From Eledone cirrhosa (lineage: Eukaryota), in NCBI GenBank assembly GCA_964016885.1, contig OZ024740.1:117676001-117740000 (forward strand): DNA of 64,000 nt. Reading direction: 5' to 3'. The notes below the pieces were generated by a model. That model was not told the origin of the DNA, did not search any database, and was given only the letters and a program-made list of their open reading frames with translations. The position numbers and the translations under genes were made by a program. Of this stretch, positions 42,058 to 57,782 are shown in pieces (position 1 is the first letter of the stretch; each line of letters starts with the position of its first letter).

Positions 42058-42213
42058 TACCGCATTTCTCGGCGTCGAAGACGCTATTTTTTATTCCTAA
42101 AATAAGTCTCGAAAATCTACCATGCGTCCTGGAGGCCGAAAGTTGTTTATTATTTTTTTCCAGATTTTGGTTGTAAAAATTAGGGTCCGTCCTCGAGGAT
42201 GAAGCGTCCTCGA
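42058..42213 (+). mobile_element. pogo/Tc2-like MITE, right end truncated
   Basis: Left end taccgcatttctcggcgtcgaagacgc; internal inverted gcgtcct blocks; right end stops at gcgtcctcga. Confidence 0.6.
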
Positions 42214-43215
42214 TCCAACCCCACCGACTCGACCTGGGAAGGGAAGCCTGCAGCGTTCAAGCCATGCTTAATGACCTCGTTGAGGTAGTTTAAGATAAAA
42301 AATGACAAACACACAGATATAAATACAGACAGTCTTATTTGTTTCACGCTTGCTGGAAAAGGAAAAGGAATGTCTGAACGTATCGGGCGTTAGTCCTTCA
42401 CTCGGAGGAGTAAACTTAGGAGGAAGAGGATGCTGTATGGTTGAATATAAAGAAAGGAAAAGTGTTTACCGTGATGGATGAGGTGGGAATGTAAGTAGTC
42501 CGGCGTTCATGGTGATGTGCCAAGGTGTGTACGAAGCGTCTGAATCTATCACTGGTACTGATATGTGCATGTTGATGAGGTGCATCTTGTGAGTGTTTTT
42601 GTTTTTATTTTCTCCTTGTGTGTGTGTGTGTGTGTGTGTGGTTCAGTCTATGTGCTTTCGTGTCTTGCCAATGGAAGTGTGTGTGTGTGTAGTTTCTATA
42701 GTTTCTGACCCCCCTCCTTCCTCAGTCATTACATAGATGTGTGTGTATGTAGTAAATATTTTTCTAAGTGCGTTTGTTTATATATATGTGTAGATGTGAG
42801 TGTGTTTGTAATTCTATTGTCTATGTATCTTTCTAAATAAACGCACATAAACACATATACACTCACATAAATATTATATATAAATATAATTTACACAAAC
42901 ACATATATACACACACATAATCATATCAGCCAATGTGTGTAGCCAATTCGCAATACATATAAACACACACAAGTGTAGCGAATATTAGACGCTGCCACTC
43001 CTCCTTCTACAGTCGACGTTATCATCCCTTCCTTCGTCAGTTTGTCATCACTCATTCCTTCCACATTCATCTCTCGTGTGTGACGGACATATACACAAGG
43101 GCATTATATATTACTAAATAAGAGAGTTGGGACAAGGGGAAAGAAAGAAACAGTTCAAGACAAGTTTGTGAGGGAGAAAGAAACGAAAAATAAATCTGAA
43201 TATTTGTAATACAAA

Positions 43216-43433
43216 AGGGCGGTGGATTGGCAGTATCGGTAGAGAGTCGGACGCCATGCTTTGCAGCAAAGAGTTACGGCCCTTTATGATCTGAGTTCAA
43301 ATCCCGCCGAGGTTAACTTTGCCTTTCATCCTCACAGGGTCGATAAAATAAAGTACCAGTCACGCACTGGGGTCGATTTAATCGACTTTTCCCTTCCCCA
43401 AAATCACTGGCCTTGTGCCTATATAAGAAACCA
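43216..43433 (+). mobile_element. Full-length main-family SINE with 17 bp target-site duplication
   Basis: aatatttgtaatacaaa on both sides; A/B boxes, core and gtcgatttaatcgac palindrome. Confidence 0.93.
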
Positions 43434-43606
43434 ATATTTGTAATACAAATAAACATAGATATAGAAACTAAACAATTATTGAAGGGAGATAATTAGCTAT
43501 GCAAAGTTTTAAGTAGGGAGGGATAATAAAATCTATATTGAAAGAGTATAGACATAGAAAACAGAGTAAATAAAATGTTAAATATAGGAGATACTAAATA
43601 TAGTGA

Positions 43607-43730
43607 AGGTGCTCGTCTTAGTGGTTAGATAATTGGATTCTTAATCATGAGGTTGCGAGTTCGATTCCCTGACTGGGCGATACGTTATGTTCTTGAACCA
43701 GACACTTTATTTCACGTTGTTCTTTCTGCC
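43607..43730 (+). mobile_element. Third tRNA-derived SINE head
   Basis: cttagtggttag A-box, gagttcgattccc B-box, then non-tRNA body. Confidence 0.6.
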
Positions 43731-44167
43731 AGGAGTTGCGACAGATAAATAATATTTGCAATAGAAAGACCAATAGAAACATTGTTTCCTTGGTCCAATT
43801 TGACGAGTTCACCCCACTAAGGTAGAGGACTGTTCGATCGAATAAAAAAATAAGAAAAAATATATTAAGACATGTTTCTGGTTAAGAATCTAATTGCAAT
43901 CATATATGAATAATAGTAATAAACTTAATAGTTATAAAAATTATAAAATTAGATGAATATTTCAATAGAAATAAAGATAACCAGATGAGATACTCATATA
44001 ATAAATATAAATATCAAAATAGATTTACGTAAATATAAACAAGTATACATATAGAGACACATACATATACCAATATATAGATACACACATATAAATACTC
44101 TCTCTCTCCCCCTCTCTCTCTCTCTATCACACACACACACACACACACATGTGTACATATATATATA

Positions 44168-44272
44168 TATATGGTATCACCCAAAAATGCATACTCACTT
44201 CAATAGCAATCTAATAAATATTGCCTGTACAGGTAATCAGTGTGTATACATTTTTGAGGGTACCCCCTGTAT
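44168..44272. mobile_element. Small Tc1/mariner-like MITE remnant
   Basis: caaaaatgcatactcact vs agtgtgtatacatttttg inverted; right end ccctgta. Confidence 0.55.
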
Positions 44273-44342
44273 ATGTATGGGGGGTACTCCGCATACATGT
44301 ATATATCAACATACAGAGGATACATATACATACGTCTACAAG

Positions 44343-44380
<38 letters not shown>

Positions 44381-44456
44381 GAAAGAAAGCATGATTAGTT
44401 GAATGAAAATGTCAAATTCCTTCTGAACTCTTCGATTCACACACACGCGCGCACAC

Positions 44457-44609
<153 letters not shown>

Positions 44610-44747
44610 CATACATACACGCACACACACACACACATATATATATATTATTCGAGTTGTTTGTATCTACGTATGTATGCACACTCATGTATAAGTATAT
44701 TATACATACATGGGTACATACATTCATACGTACTTACATTCCACAAA

Positions 44748-45030
44748 TGGAACTGTAAAACTATGTAAAACATTCCAAACAGTTTGCTTGTAAGAACTGC
44801 ATATACACGCGTTTAGATATAAAAACATATGAATATGTGCACATATATAATTCAAAGCAAGCAGTTACACGCATGCAATGGCATATATACCTTAACGTAT
44901 ACATAGATGGAGACAGATATACATAATTACCTAGTTAATGTTGTCTAAATACTATTGAAAATGCCTTGTTTATGGGTTAGAAACCGGCTTTCTTTCTATT
45001 GGTTAGAAATTAAAGAAACACACCAAACGA
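44748..45030 (+). mobile_element. 3' remnant of the R4/Dong-like family seen at 46630-49272
   Basis: aaaacattccaaa, aactgcatatacac, acctagtt, gttagaaacc..ctattgg shared with 49048-49270. Confidence 0.75.
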
Positions 45031-46122
45031 ACATACATATATACATACATATATTAATAAATACATATATACATACAAACATTCACACATACAAACATAC
45101 ACACATACATTCAGACATACATTCATGCATAGATACACACATATATTCATACAAAAATACACACATACAAACACACACACATCCATTCAGACATACATAC
45201 ATACATTAATACATACATACATCCATTAATACACACATACATAATTTGAAGTAAAAAAAAAGTAAAAACATTAGCAATTAGTGGCGTACAAAGCAATATT
45301 TCTCCTACGACATTGTCTTATCTAAATATGTATCAAGAATGATCTAATGTTTACTGACAATTAATGGAGAATAATTAGAGTCTGGGTAAGACAGTTTATG
45401 GTGTAGACGAAAGCGAAATGATTTAGATAGCAACGTAAGAGATATGAAGAGGTGCGGATGATTTGAAGGAGAAAGGAAGCAAGAGAGCGGAACAAATCCT
45501 TCTAATTTCCTGTAGGTACCGGTGAGAAATGGCATGTATTAGAAAAGAAATAAAACAACAGAGTACTAGGTTCAACTTTATATTATTCAGAAGGAGGTTT
45601 TAAATCATATATGGATGTACATATGTAAGTTTGTACCTTTACATGTACACCCCTATATACATATATATATGTATATATATATATAACATATACATACATA
45701 TATGTATATATATATTTATATATATGTATATACATATATATATATATATATAAAGAATTAGTATATCTACCAACATATATATACAGATGCATACCTAGCA
45801 TAGGTATGCATCTGTATATATATGTTGGTAATATACTAATTCTTTATAATTATCTCCAAATTATTTTGTTGAGCAAAAATTTGCTAAAATTGCTACTATA
45901 GTTAATAGTAATGGCTCGGCTACTGTCTTTTAACACCCCACTCCTCACTGATTAACCTCGATGTCACGTGATTGATTCTTTTGAATTTGCCACCGACCAA
46001 GTAGGTAGTAATTTTTTCAATGTCTTGGAATTTAGTCCACGCTTGCTTTTTTCCATCCACTGAATTATTTTTGTATAAGTTCCCTGTGTCTACGCATCGC
46101 CTGGTAACTTATCTGAGAACAG

Positions 46123-46202
46123 ACTTCCTGATGACGAAAGGCTTTCCATGCTTTCCATTGGAAACTATGTTTATTCCCTTTCAGAAACTAATTAGTTGGA
46201 GT
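46123..46202 (+). ncRNA. Type I hammerhead ribozyme with extended stem II
   Basis: acttc-CTGATGA-cGAAAGG...CCTTTCa-GAAA-CTAATTAG-TT-ggagt. Confidence 0.8.
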
Positions 46203-46290
46203 GAAATTTTACTAAGTAAGTTAATTTTTATAATTTTCTTATTTTACGTATTTCATATATATATATATATATATGCTTACATATATATAT

Positions 46291-46336
<46 letters not shown>

Positions 46337-46338
46337 CT

Positions 46339-46401
<63 letters not shown>

Positions 46402-46514
46402 CGTGTATGTATATATATATGTATGCATATATATATATATATATGAATATACATATATATAAATATATATATACATGTATGTATGTATATATATATATAC
46501 ATAAATATATATAC

Positions 46515-46585
<71 letters not shown>

Positions 46586-46629
46586 TACATACATATATAT
46601 GTATATACATACATACATCCATACATACA

Positions 46630-49401
<2,772 letters not shown>

Positions 49402-49483
49402 GTAAGAATAATAAATTTGAAGACTAAAATCCAAAGAGGGCTCAAGCAGCGATTCTTTGCTTAAACTTTAATCTGTTATTTTA

Positions 49484-49596
<113 letters not shown>

Positions 49597-49954
49597 AGTA
49601 TAGACTCTGTTGGTGGTGTGTTCTTATCTATCAGAATTGTATTGCAACAATCCTAAAAAATATTCCACTCATGAATCCAGGCGCTCGCGTATAGATAACA
49701 TCTCGTTTTCATACGTATATATATAAAGAACAAGCTTATATACGTGCCTGCATTCGCACATACACGAACACACACAAACACAAACATACCACACGCAGTT
49801 GCACACACCCACACGCATAAACACACACACACATATATATGTACACACACACACACACACACACATATATAAATATGTATATATATATATATATATTTGT
49901 ATATATATATGTATATATATATATATATATATTTTTATATATATATATGTATTT

Positions 49955-50085
49955 AAGGAAAAAAGATGAAATCGAAAATGCAACTGGAGTCTTTTAAGAA
50001 TATTTATTTTGTTCCTATACCGGTTTCATAGTTCCTATGCTTTTCAAAAGTAGAATTGAGATGGAGGGTTTGTGGTTTTTCTCGC
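49955..50085 (-). mobile_element. Copy of the U3:A8 hammerhead repeat (fold at 50015-50050, stems degraded)
   Basis: Homologous to 22101-22238. Confidence 0.8.
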
Positions 50086-50204
50086 AGATCAGCTAGTCTG
50101 CTAATATGCAAATCAGGCCGATCAGTTGAAAATAGCATATATTTTCACTAGCTCTGACAATTAGATTTATTAGATTTATTTACAGCCATGTAGAGCGAAA
50201 AATG

Positions 50205-50279
<75 letters not shown>

Positions 50280-50339
50280 TTATTCCGGGTTGAATATATA
50301 TATATGTCTTACATTCATTCACCTTTGGTGAATATAGCC

Positions 50340-50890
50340 TTGGCCAGAAGGAGTTGATGTCATCAGACGGTGTCCAACATTCATTGGGTGTTTAGACTTT
50401 GAAATATAATACCTACCCGACCCCCGTCGGTAGATCAGTAGGGCTTCGCTGTCCATCTTGTCGCCCTGGCTTCTAGCTTATCTAGTTTCTCTTGCTCAAT
50501 AAGCAACAACTGGCTTCTTTTGCTGACTACCCCAACCGCAAACTTTTGCCCTCTCTCTCCCTGGCATTCCAACGACAGTGTGTATTCTCTATATCGATTG
50601 AGTCAGGAATACCCTGTAGCCTCCCAATTTAACTGGAAATAACCTGGCCTGCTGCCTTTTCTCTATTCACTCCTGCACAATTTACTTGACACTCTCCCGC
50701 TCATGGGCTTGACGGAACTCTTCTTTCTACGGTTCTGTGAGTTCAATCAGGATTATCTTCATCATGTGGAGGACCAGGAGAATCTGCAACCTTTCTCCAG
50801 AGTCAACCTTCATTTCCCACGTTTAGTCCACTTTCAATAGGCCATATATTGTTCTAACTATGGTAGATGGCTTTCCCCCTTCTTTTACAA
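50340..50890 (-). mobile_element. HERO-like non-LTR retrotransposon 3' fragment
   Basis: Minus translation WEMKVD..KIILIELTEP*KEEFRQAHER..ARLFPVKLG resembles the IELTVPWEE..AHERK..FPVEVG endonuclease motif. Confidence 0.7.
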
Positions 50891-51781
50891 CAGTATTGAT
50901 GATGTTGATTTACTCCGCCTTTGGTATTCTCTATGTCTTTCTTGATCCAAAATATTATTATTATTCGCAATGAACCCTATATCAACGTGCCATACAAACA
51001 TACATTTATACATACAAATGCATACATATATATATACATACATACATAATACATACACATGCACACACACAAAGACGCGCATACACACACAACACACGCT
51101 CCCCCCACCACACATATATATACATATACATATGTGTGTATGTGTGCATGTGTGTATATGTGGGTGTCTGCCACTTCAATTCACTCAAGATGGAAACATA
51201 CTAAACGATATTAGAATAATGTTTAATAATCAATTTTATTATAACTGAAAAGCTTCACGCATCGACGACAGTTTTTTGTTGCCTATCTTTGGACTAGATA
51301 TAAATTTAAATGAGACTACACATAGATATTTATAGGATGGATGGAATAAATAAATTAATTAATTAATGGAAAGTTGTTCTCAGAAACCAGAGAAGAAACA
51401 TCCGTAAAAAAATGTATATTGTTATTCCTAACCCACCGGACAAATAATTTATATCCAATTCAATTTTATTTGCTTCTACGTATACATATAAAAACAATCT
51501 GGCCATTTTGTTTCGGAATTGTCTCTCTTTCTCTATTTTTGTAGAGAAAGAGAGAGAGGATAAGAAAGTGGGAGAGAGAGAATGTGAGAAAAAGAGAAAG
51601 TGAGAACGAGAGTAAAAAAATAAAAAGTAGTATGTGCCAAAATGTATTGCTACATTTATAATACACCTGGTCATAGCCGGGTACCTCTGGTAGTAAATAT
51701 ATAAACAGATAAACAATGGTCACTCACCATGACAGAACGATAGATGTATATTGTTGAATAATCAAATACACCCCTCGCACT

Positions 51782-51824
<43 letters not shown>

Positions 51825-52012
51825 CGAAGGAAATGTGGTAAGGAACCAGGTGGACCATAACGCACCAAAGTACTCAATACTTAGGGTAGTAGAGTGGGTA
51901 ATAGGAACAATTAAGACCCCGACGCCCGAGCTCAAGCCGTTTCGATGGCTAATTCTGGACTGCTCGGCCGTCGGGGTCTTACTTGTTCCTATATATATAT
52001 ATATATACAGAT

Positions 52013-52157
52013 GTGAGAAAAACCACAGACCCTCCATCTCAACTCTACTTTTGAAAAGCAGAAGAACTGCGAAACCGGTAAAGGAACCAAATAAATATAT
52101 ATATATTTTTTTTAAATAAGACTCCAGTTGCATTTTCGATTTCATCTATTTTTTCTT

Positions 52158-52160
<3 letters not shown>
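52013..52160 (+). mobile_element. Copy of the U3:A8 hammerhead repeat between (TA)n tracts
   Basis: Homologous to 22239-22366. Confidence 0.85.
52048..52083 (+). ncRNA. U3:A8 variant hammerhead, best-preserved copy
   Basis: ctt-TTGAAAA-GCAGaagaaCTGC-GAAA-CCGG-TA-aag. Confidence 0.78.
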
Positions 52161-52188
<28 letters not shown>

Positions 52189-52929
52189 TACAAATAGAAA
52201 ATCGTGAATAAAAACATACGAAAGAAAACGTACACGTAAAGGTACACTAGTAGTAACAGCAAGCAAACATTTTAAGGCTATTTCCCATGCAAAAGCAGGA
52301 GTGATAGGAAGAAAGGAGAAAAGGAATAAATGGACGAGAGGAGATCATACAAAAATTTTTAATATTTTCATCAGCTTTTAATCTTTGGTTTCGACGAGTT
52401 AACTAAAAAATACCACGCAAAATTGACGCCTCATACAATGGAGATATTAATATCTCTGTTGGCATAATGTTTGTGTGAAGAAAAAATTAATTCGAGAGAG
52501 AGAGAAATAATATGCGTGCACTCAGTAAGAAAAGCACACAAAGTTGCACTAGTACTAACAGCCACAAGCATTTTAAGGCTATTTTCCCTCCAAAAGGAGG
52601 AAATAGTTTTGCGAATATCATGACAGCCAATATAAATACACAATAACCAAAGACTTTATATACACGTGTCAGTGGAATTCTCAGCCACCTGCACGCTAAT
52701 TTCACCAACAGGCTGTTCTGTTGATCGAGCTCTGGAACAAACATCGTCGGAACAGAGAGATCATATGTTTAGTCTATGATGATGAACAAGTTCAGCTTTT
52801 ATGATGTTAATGGTAAGACTAAAACATCACATGATGTGCATGTTGATCCAGTGATGTCTCGGAGCTATAACCTTCTTTGCAACAGAAGTGTTAGCCGCCC
52901 ACGTGCGTCATAATTTATACATATATAAT

Positions 52930-53043
52930 CACTCTCCTCGCCAACCAAGCTTTGTGTAGTTGCCAGTTTAATCGAGGACGACCCGATTATGCACAGGTTG
53001 TACCGGGTTACATGTTACCAGTAGCTCTGAAGAGCGAGCTGAC
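52930..53043 (-). mobile_element. 5' fragment of bipartite RTE-derived element
   Basis: Homologous to 53600-53716. Confidence 0.75.
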
Positions 53044-53107
53044 ATACATACATACATACATACATACATACATACATACATACATACATACATACATACA
53101 TACATAC

Positions 53108-53716
53108 ATGGTGGCTGCCAACTCGTTTTCGAGTACTGCCACTACTTTATATCCATGTAGGAGAACCCCTACCGATGCGCTGAAGGAGTGTAACTTTTTA
53201 GTCCAGCCAGCGACTTGAAAACTCTGGTACAAACACTACACTTGTGACAATTATTGACACATAGTGCTGGGCCCATGGTACCATGTGACGACAAGTGCAG
53301 AGAGATCTCCAGATATAAAGTAATGCCTGTGCCGTGAAGCTTTTATAGTGAGCAAAGGCACTGCACAAAGCCAGTCCCACTCTCTTAACCTAGATGATAT
53401 TTACCAAAAAGAAGAACAAGTCAACATCATTGGATACCATCAGAGTTGCAGGTGTTATGTCAGAGTTTTCCTTCTCCTAGAATTCTGCCTTGACAAAGGC
53501 TAAGGGGTCATCTCTCCCGGTGATTTTGGATGGCCATTGACTCTTAAGAGCTCCTTTGCCCTTTGACAGGTTTTGTGTTTAGTCCTGCAGGATGTCCAAA
53601 GTCATCCTCCTCGCCAAGAAACCTTGGTGGGTTGCCAGTTTAGTCGCCAACGACCCGACCATGAGACAGGTTGTACTGGGATACATGTTACCAGTAGCAC
53701 CAACTGGTGACCTGAC
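53108..53716 (-). mobile_element. Apparently full-length bipartite non-autonomous RTE-derived element
   Basis: RTE-like 5' UTR (ggagaaggaaaactctga) joined to the 3' zinc-finger remnant and (TATG)n tail; (CATA)n on both sides. Confidence 0.8.
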
Positions 53717-53777
53717 ATACATACATACATACATACATACATACATACATACATACATACATACATACATACATACA

Positions 53778-54075
53778 TGATGGCTGCGAACTCTGCTAAG
53801 AGTGTTGCAATCACTTGTCAGATTATAGAGTTTGGTGCACTTTTAGGCTACGGTCAGCCACACGAACCTGTAACATATCTTGAACAAGCAATGCCTGTGT
53901 TGTGAAGGGTTTTTTAAGTGGGTGAGGGCCTTGCACTCGACCAAACTCATCCTTTCAGCATCGAAAACGCTACCCGAAAAAAAGAACTGGTCAGTATCAT
54001 CGGATGCTTCCGAAGCTGCAGTTTCTTTTGTCAGAGTTTCCCCCTTGAGGCCTTTCACTCCCAGGTGAAAAAAAA
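53778..54075 (-). mobile_element. Diverged relative of the bipartite RTE-derived element
   Basis: Shared gaaactctgaca, acaggcattgc and gcagccatcatgtatg blocks. Confidence 0.7.
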
Positions 54076-54619
54076 CAACAACATACATATATACATGCAT
54101 ACATACATAAAATACTACATACAAGATCCTGTATCACTCCCAACGAACGAGCAGCAAATTTACAAACATCTGCAAAGTATGTAGTTCAGTTATGTGTTCA
54201 AGCTTAGATTTAAGTATTTATAGGGAATTTCATTCCATTGAACAGACCTGCAATACAGAACACTCACAAGACCATGACAATCACCAAACTAAATATTAGA
54301 GACAACAAGACGATAAATGATATAAGAAAAAGAATGTAACCTTGTTTAGTTTCATTTGAAACACGAAGAGGATGGAAACATTGGCTATAACAAATTGACG
54401 TTACATCATGACGTCACAGGTTGACGTTGCTATCTTGGCATCACAAATTGACGTTGCCGTCTTGACGCCATGAATTAATGGAATTGACGCTTTGTATATT
54501 ATTTAGATTGTCCATCCATACATACTTACACACACATACATACATACATACATTTATATATGCATTAAAACATTTGAACATACATACATAAATGCAAACA
54601 TACATAAATGCATAAATAC

Positions 54620-54960
54620 ATGATGATGGCTGCCCCCTCGTTATCGAGTATGGCCATTGCCCGATATACCATTATTAATAATTATTAATTAATTCTATCG
54701 TGCAATGCCTGTGTGTGAAGATATTTTTAAAGTGAGGAAAGACTGTGCACTGAGCCAATCCCACTCTCTGAGCGACAGTAGCTATAGCCCGAAAAGAAGA
54801 AAAGATCAACATGATTGGTAACTATTGAGCCGCAGGTTTTATATCGGAGTTATCCCAGTTTCCTGAGTTTCCTTCTCCTAGTAAAATGCCCTGACAAAGG
54901 CTAAGGGTTCTTCACTCCCAGTGGTTTAACCGCGTAATTGGGTATCCAGCCCGACTATTT
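54620..54960 (-). mobile_element. Diverged relative of the bipartite RTE-derived element
   Basis: ttagcctttgtca, taggagaaggaaactc, gagagtggga, acaggcattgc, ggcagccatcat. Confidence 0.7.
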
Positions 54961-55090
54961 CTATGTCCCTGCGCATATACATACATACAATACAAACATA
55001 AACACTCACACATACATATATCATGCTCAAACAATTGGAATAACATCATAACCACAATTGCTGCTGCTGCTGCTGCTACTACCACTACTA

Positions 55091-55145
<55 letters not shown>

Positions 55146-55228
55146 AACTTCTGCTGCTGCTTTATTGATATTCAATGCTATATTTCTCAATATTATTTAT
55201 TTGTATATTGTCTGATTGTGTCCATACC

Positions 55229-55286
<58 letters not shown>

Positions 55287-55556
55287 ACTGTGTATATGGT
55301 ATATATATATATGTGTATTGTATATATACGCGTTGTGTAGGTAGTATGTTTGTATTTATTTCCCTGTCATGTCTAATATTTGTTATTACTAACAACAACA
55401 ACAAGAGAGAAATGAAGGAGAAAATATAAGTTGTGCTTGTGTCGGTATTTGTCAAAGGCTTTTTGCGGGCATGACATGTTTTTCTAACTCTGACAACACG
55501 CCACGAGAATATGATTTCAGAAGAAAAAGAGAAGGGCTAACCCACGTATGTTTGTT

Positions 55557-55596
<40 letters not shown>

Positions 55597-55601
55597 TACA
55601 T

Positions 55602-55633
<32 letters not shown>

Positions 55634-55648
55634 GTAAATATAAATATA

Positions 55649-55697
<49 letters not shown>

Positions 55698-55907
55698 ATA
55701 TATATATATGTATATATGTATACATACATACATACATATATATATATAAGCAAAACGGATATTTATATATATATATAAATACATACTTACATAATATATA
55801 TATACACACAACCCCACATATAGATATATATAATAACGGCAATAATAACAGAAACTGCAAAGATTACTAAAACAACACAGTAACAACAACAGCATCTACA
55901 CCAATTT

Positions 55908-55944
<37 letters not shown>

Positions 55945-56059
55945 AAAAATAAAATGAAAAACAAAACAAAAAAACAACCCAATAACGACTAATAAAACAA
56001 CATTGCAACGTATCAGAAATGAGAGAGCACACTCACACGTACGCATGCCCTTCCTCTCC

Positions 56060-56182
<123 letters not shown>

Positions 56183-56919
56183 CAGACCCATATTTACATA
56201 CAGTTATATTTAAATATATGTATCTGAGGATACAGGCATTAATTTTGGAATACTCATCAACTTAGAAAATGGGTTTGTCTTTAGAAATTTTGGAACTAAG
56301 TAGAATAACTCACTGGAGTAACTTACCGTATATACTTGAATATAAACTGTGGTATATGTGCCCCCCAAATAATCGATGGTTAAATCGGGTCGGTTTATAT
56401 TCTGGATCAAAATTGTGACGATTTTCAGCAACTTCAAATTCTACGTAAATAAGGTGCTAAAATATCTGGAGGGACTATTTCACAATGAAACACTGTTTTT
56501 CTACATTTACTACATTGTCATGAGCTTTATTTATGCATTGCCACGAGAACGTTCACAACGCATTAAACAAATTATTTCAGCATTTTAATACATATCCACT
56601 ATAAATACCCACTACTCATATACGCACCAATGCACACACGTGTACACATACACATATACACATGCACTCGTGCATCGCCTGTTTTTCTCTGTGACTTAAT
56701 TATTTATGTCTATAGATATAAAGTATAGTCAAGACGATGTGATTCCTTTGTTGGAACTGTATCCTATATCTATACATACACCGCAACGTAATATACATCA
56801 AGTATTATTCTGATCTGCAAACACTTAATACATTCAAATCGCAAACACTTAATACATTCATGCCTATATGTATTTCTATAGATATCTGAATTTTACGCCA
56901 TTATACAAGGTAATGATAG

Positions 56920-57130
56920 TTGATTGGCAAAATCGCCAGAGCATCTAGCAAATGCTTTGTGGTATTTGTTTCAGCTCTTCACGTTCTGTGTTCAAATCGC
57001 ATCGAGGTTAGCTTCTGTTTTTCATCCTTCTGAGGTCGATGAATTAAAGTACTAATGAAGTTGTAGGGTAGGTGTAACTGAATTTCCGCTCCCCTCAAAA
57101 TTTCTAGTTTTGTATTTGAATAAGAAATCC
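56920..57130 (+). mobile_element. Old main-family SINE
   Basis: gattggca..gttcaaatc..tttcatcctt..ggtcgat. Confidence 0.7.
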
Positions 57131-57404
57131 TTATTTATTGTTAGGCATCTCACGATCGCTGTTGAAGTTGTTTAGAACTCGAGCACATCTCAAAATTGCA
57201 TAACATCGCATAACTGACTGATTGATTCTCATCCAGCCATCCTTCTGTGGAAAAACTTCGTCTTTTCCGAAATTCCGCTTTGCAAAGAGAACTTGATAAA
57301 ATTGTACGTATCTTATCAAGTTGATTTGGACAATACCAAATGTAATTCTACTATTCTGAGGATCAACTCGTCATTTGACCTATACTGTTCCTCCTGCATT
57401 ATTA

Positions 57405-57782
57405 TGTGGATTGGCAGTATCGGTAGAGAGTCGGACGCCATGCGTTCCAGCATAGTTACGTCCCTTTACGATCTGAGTTCAAATCCCGCCGAGGTTGACT
57501 TTGCCTTTCATCCTTATGGTGTCGATAAAATAAAGTACCAGTAATGGACTGGGTATTTGCTGGCCTTGTGCCAAAAGTAGAAACAATTATTATGTGGATT
57601 GGCAGTGCCGGTAGAGGGTCGGACGCTCTGCTTTGACGCATAGAGTTACGGCCCTTGCCATTCTGAGTTCAAATCCCGCCGAGGTTATCTTTGCCTTTCA
57701 TCCTTACGGGGTCGATAAAATAAAGTACCAGTAACACACTGGGTTATTGCTGGCCTTGTGCCAAAAGTAGAAACAATTATTA
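57405..57782 (+). mobile_element. Tandem pair of main-family SINEs
   Basis: Two units starting attatgtggattggcagt (about 57401 and 57589). Confidence 0.9.

Noticed and set aside
43607-43680. tRNA gene candidate (and other SINE heads)
   Set aside because: A/B boxes present but no intact cloverleaf; continues into a SINE body
44950-44995. TTGAAAA...GAAACCGG in the R4/Dong 3' UTR remnant
   Set aside because: Not conserved in the 49190-49240 copy; no NUH or stem I
51660-51695. Helitron-like 3' hairpin cctggtcatagccggg...GTAG
   Set aside because: No matching 5' TC end identified and the terminus is degenerate
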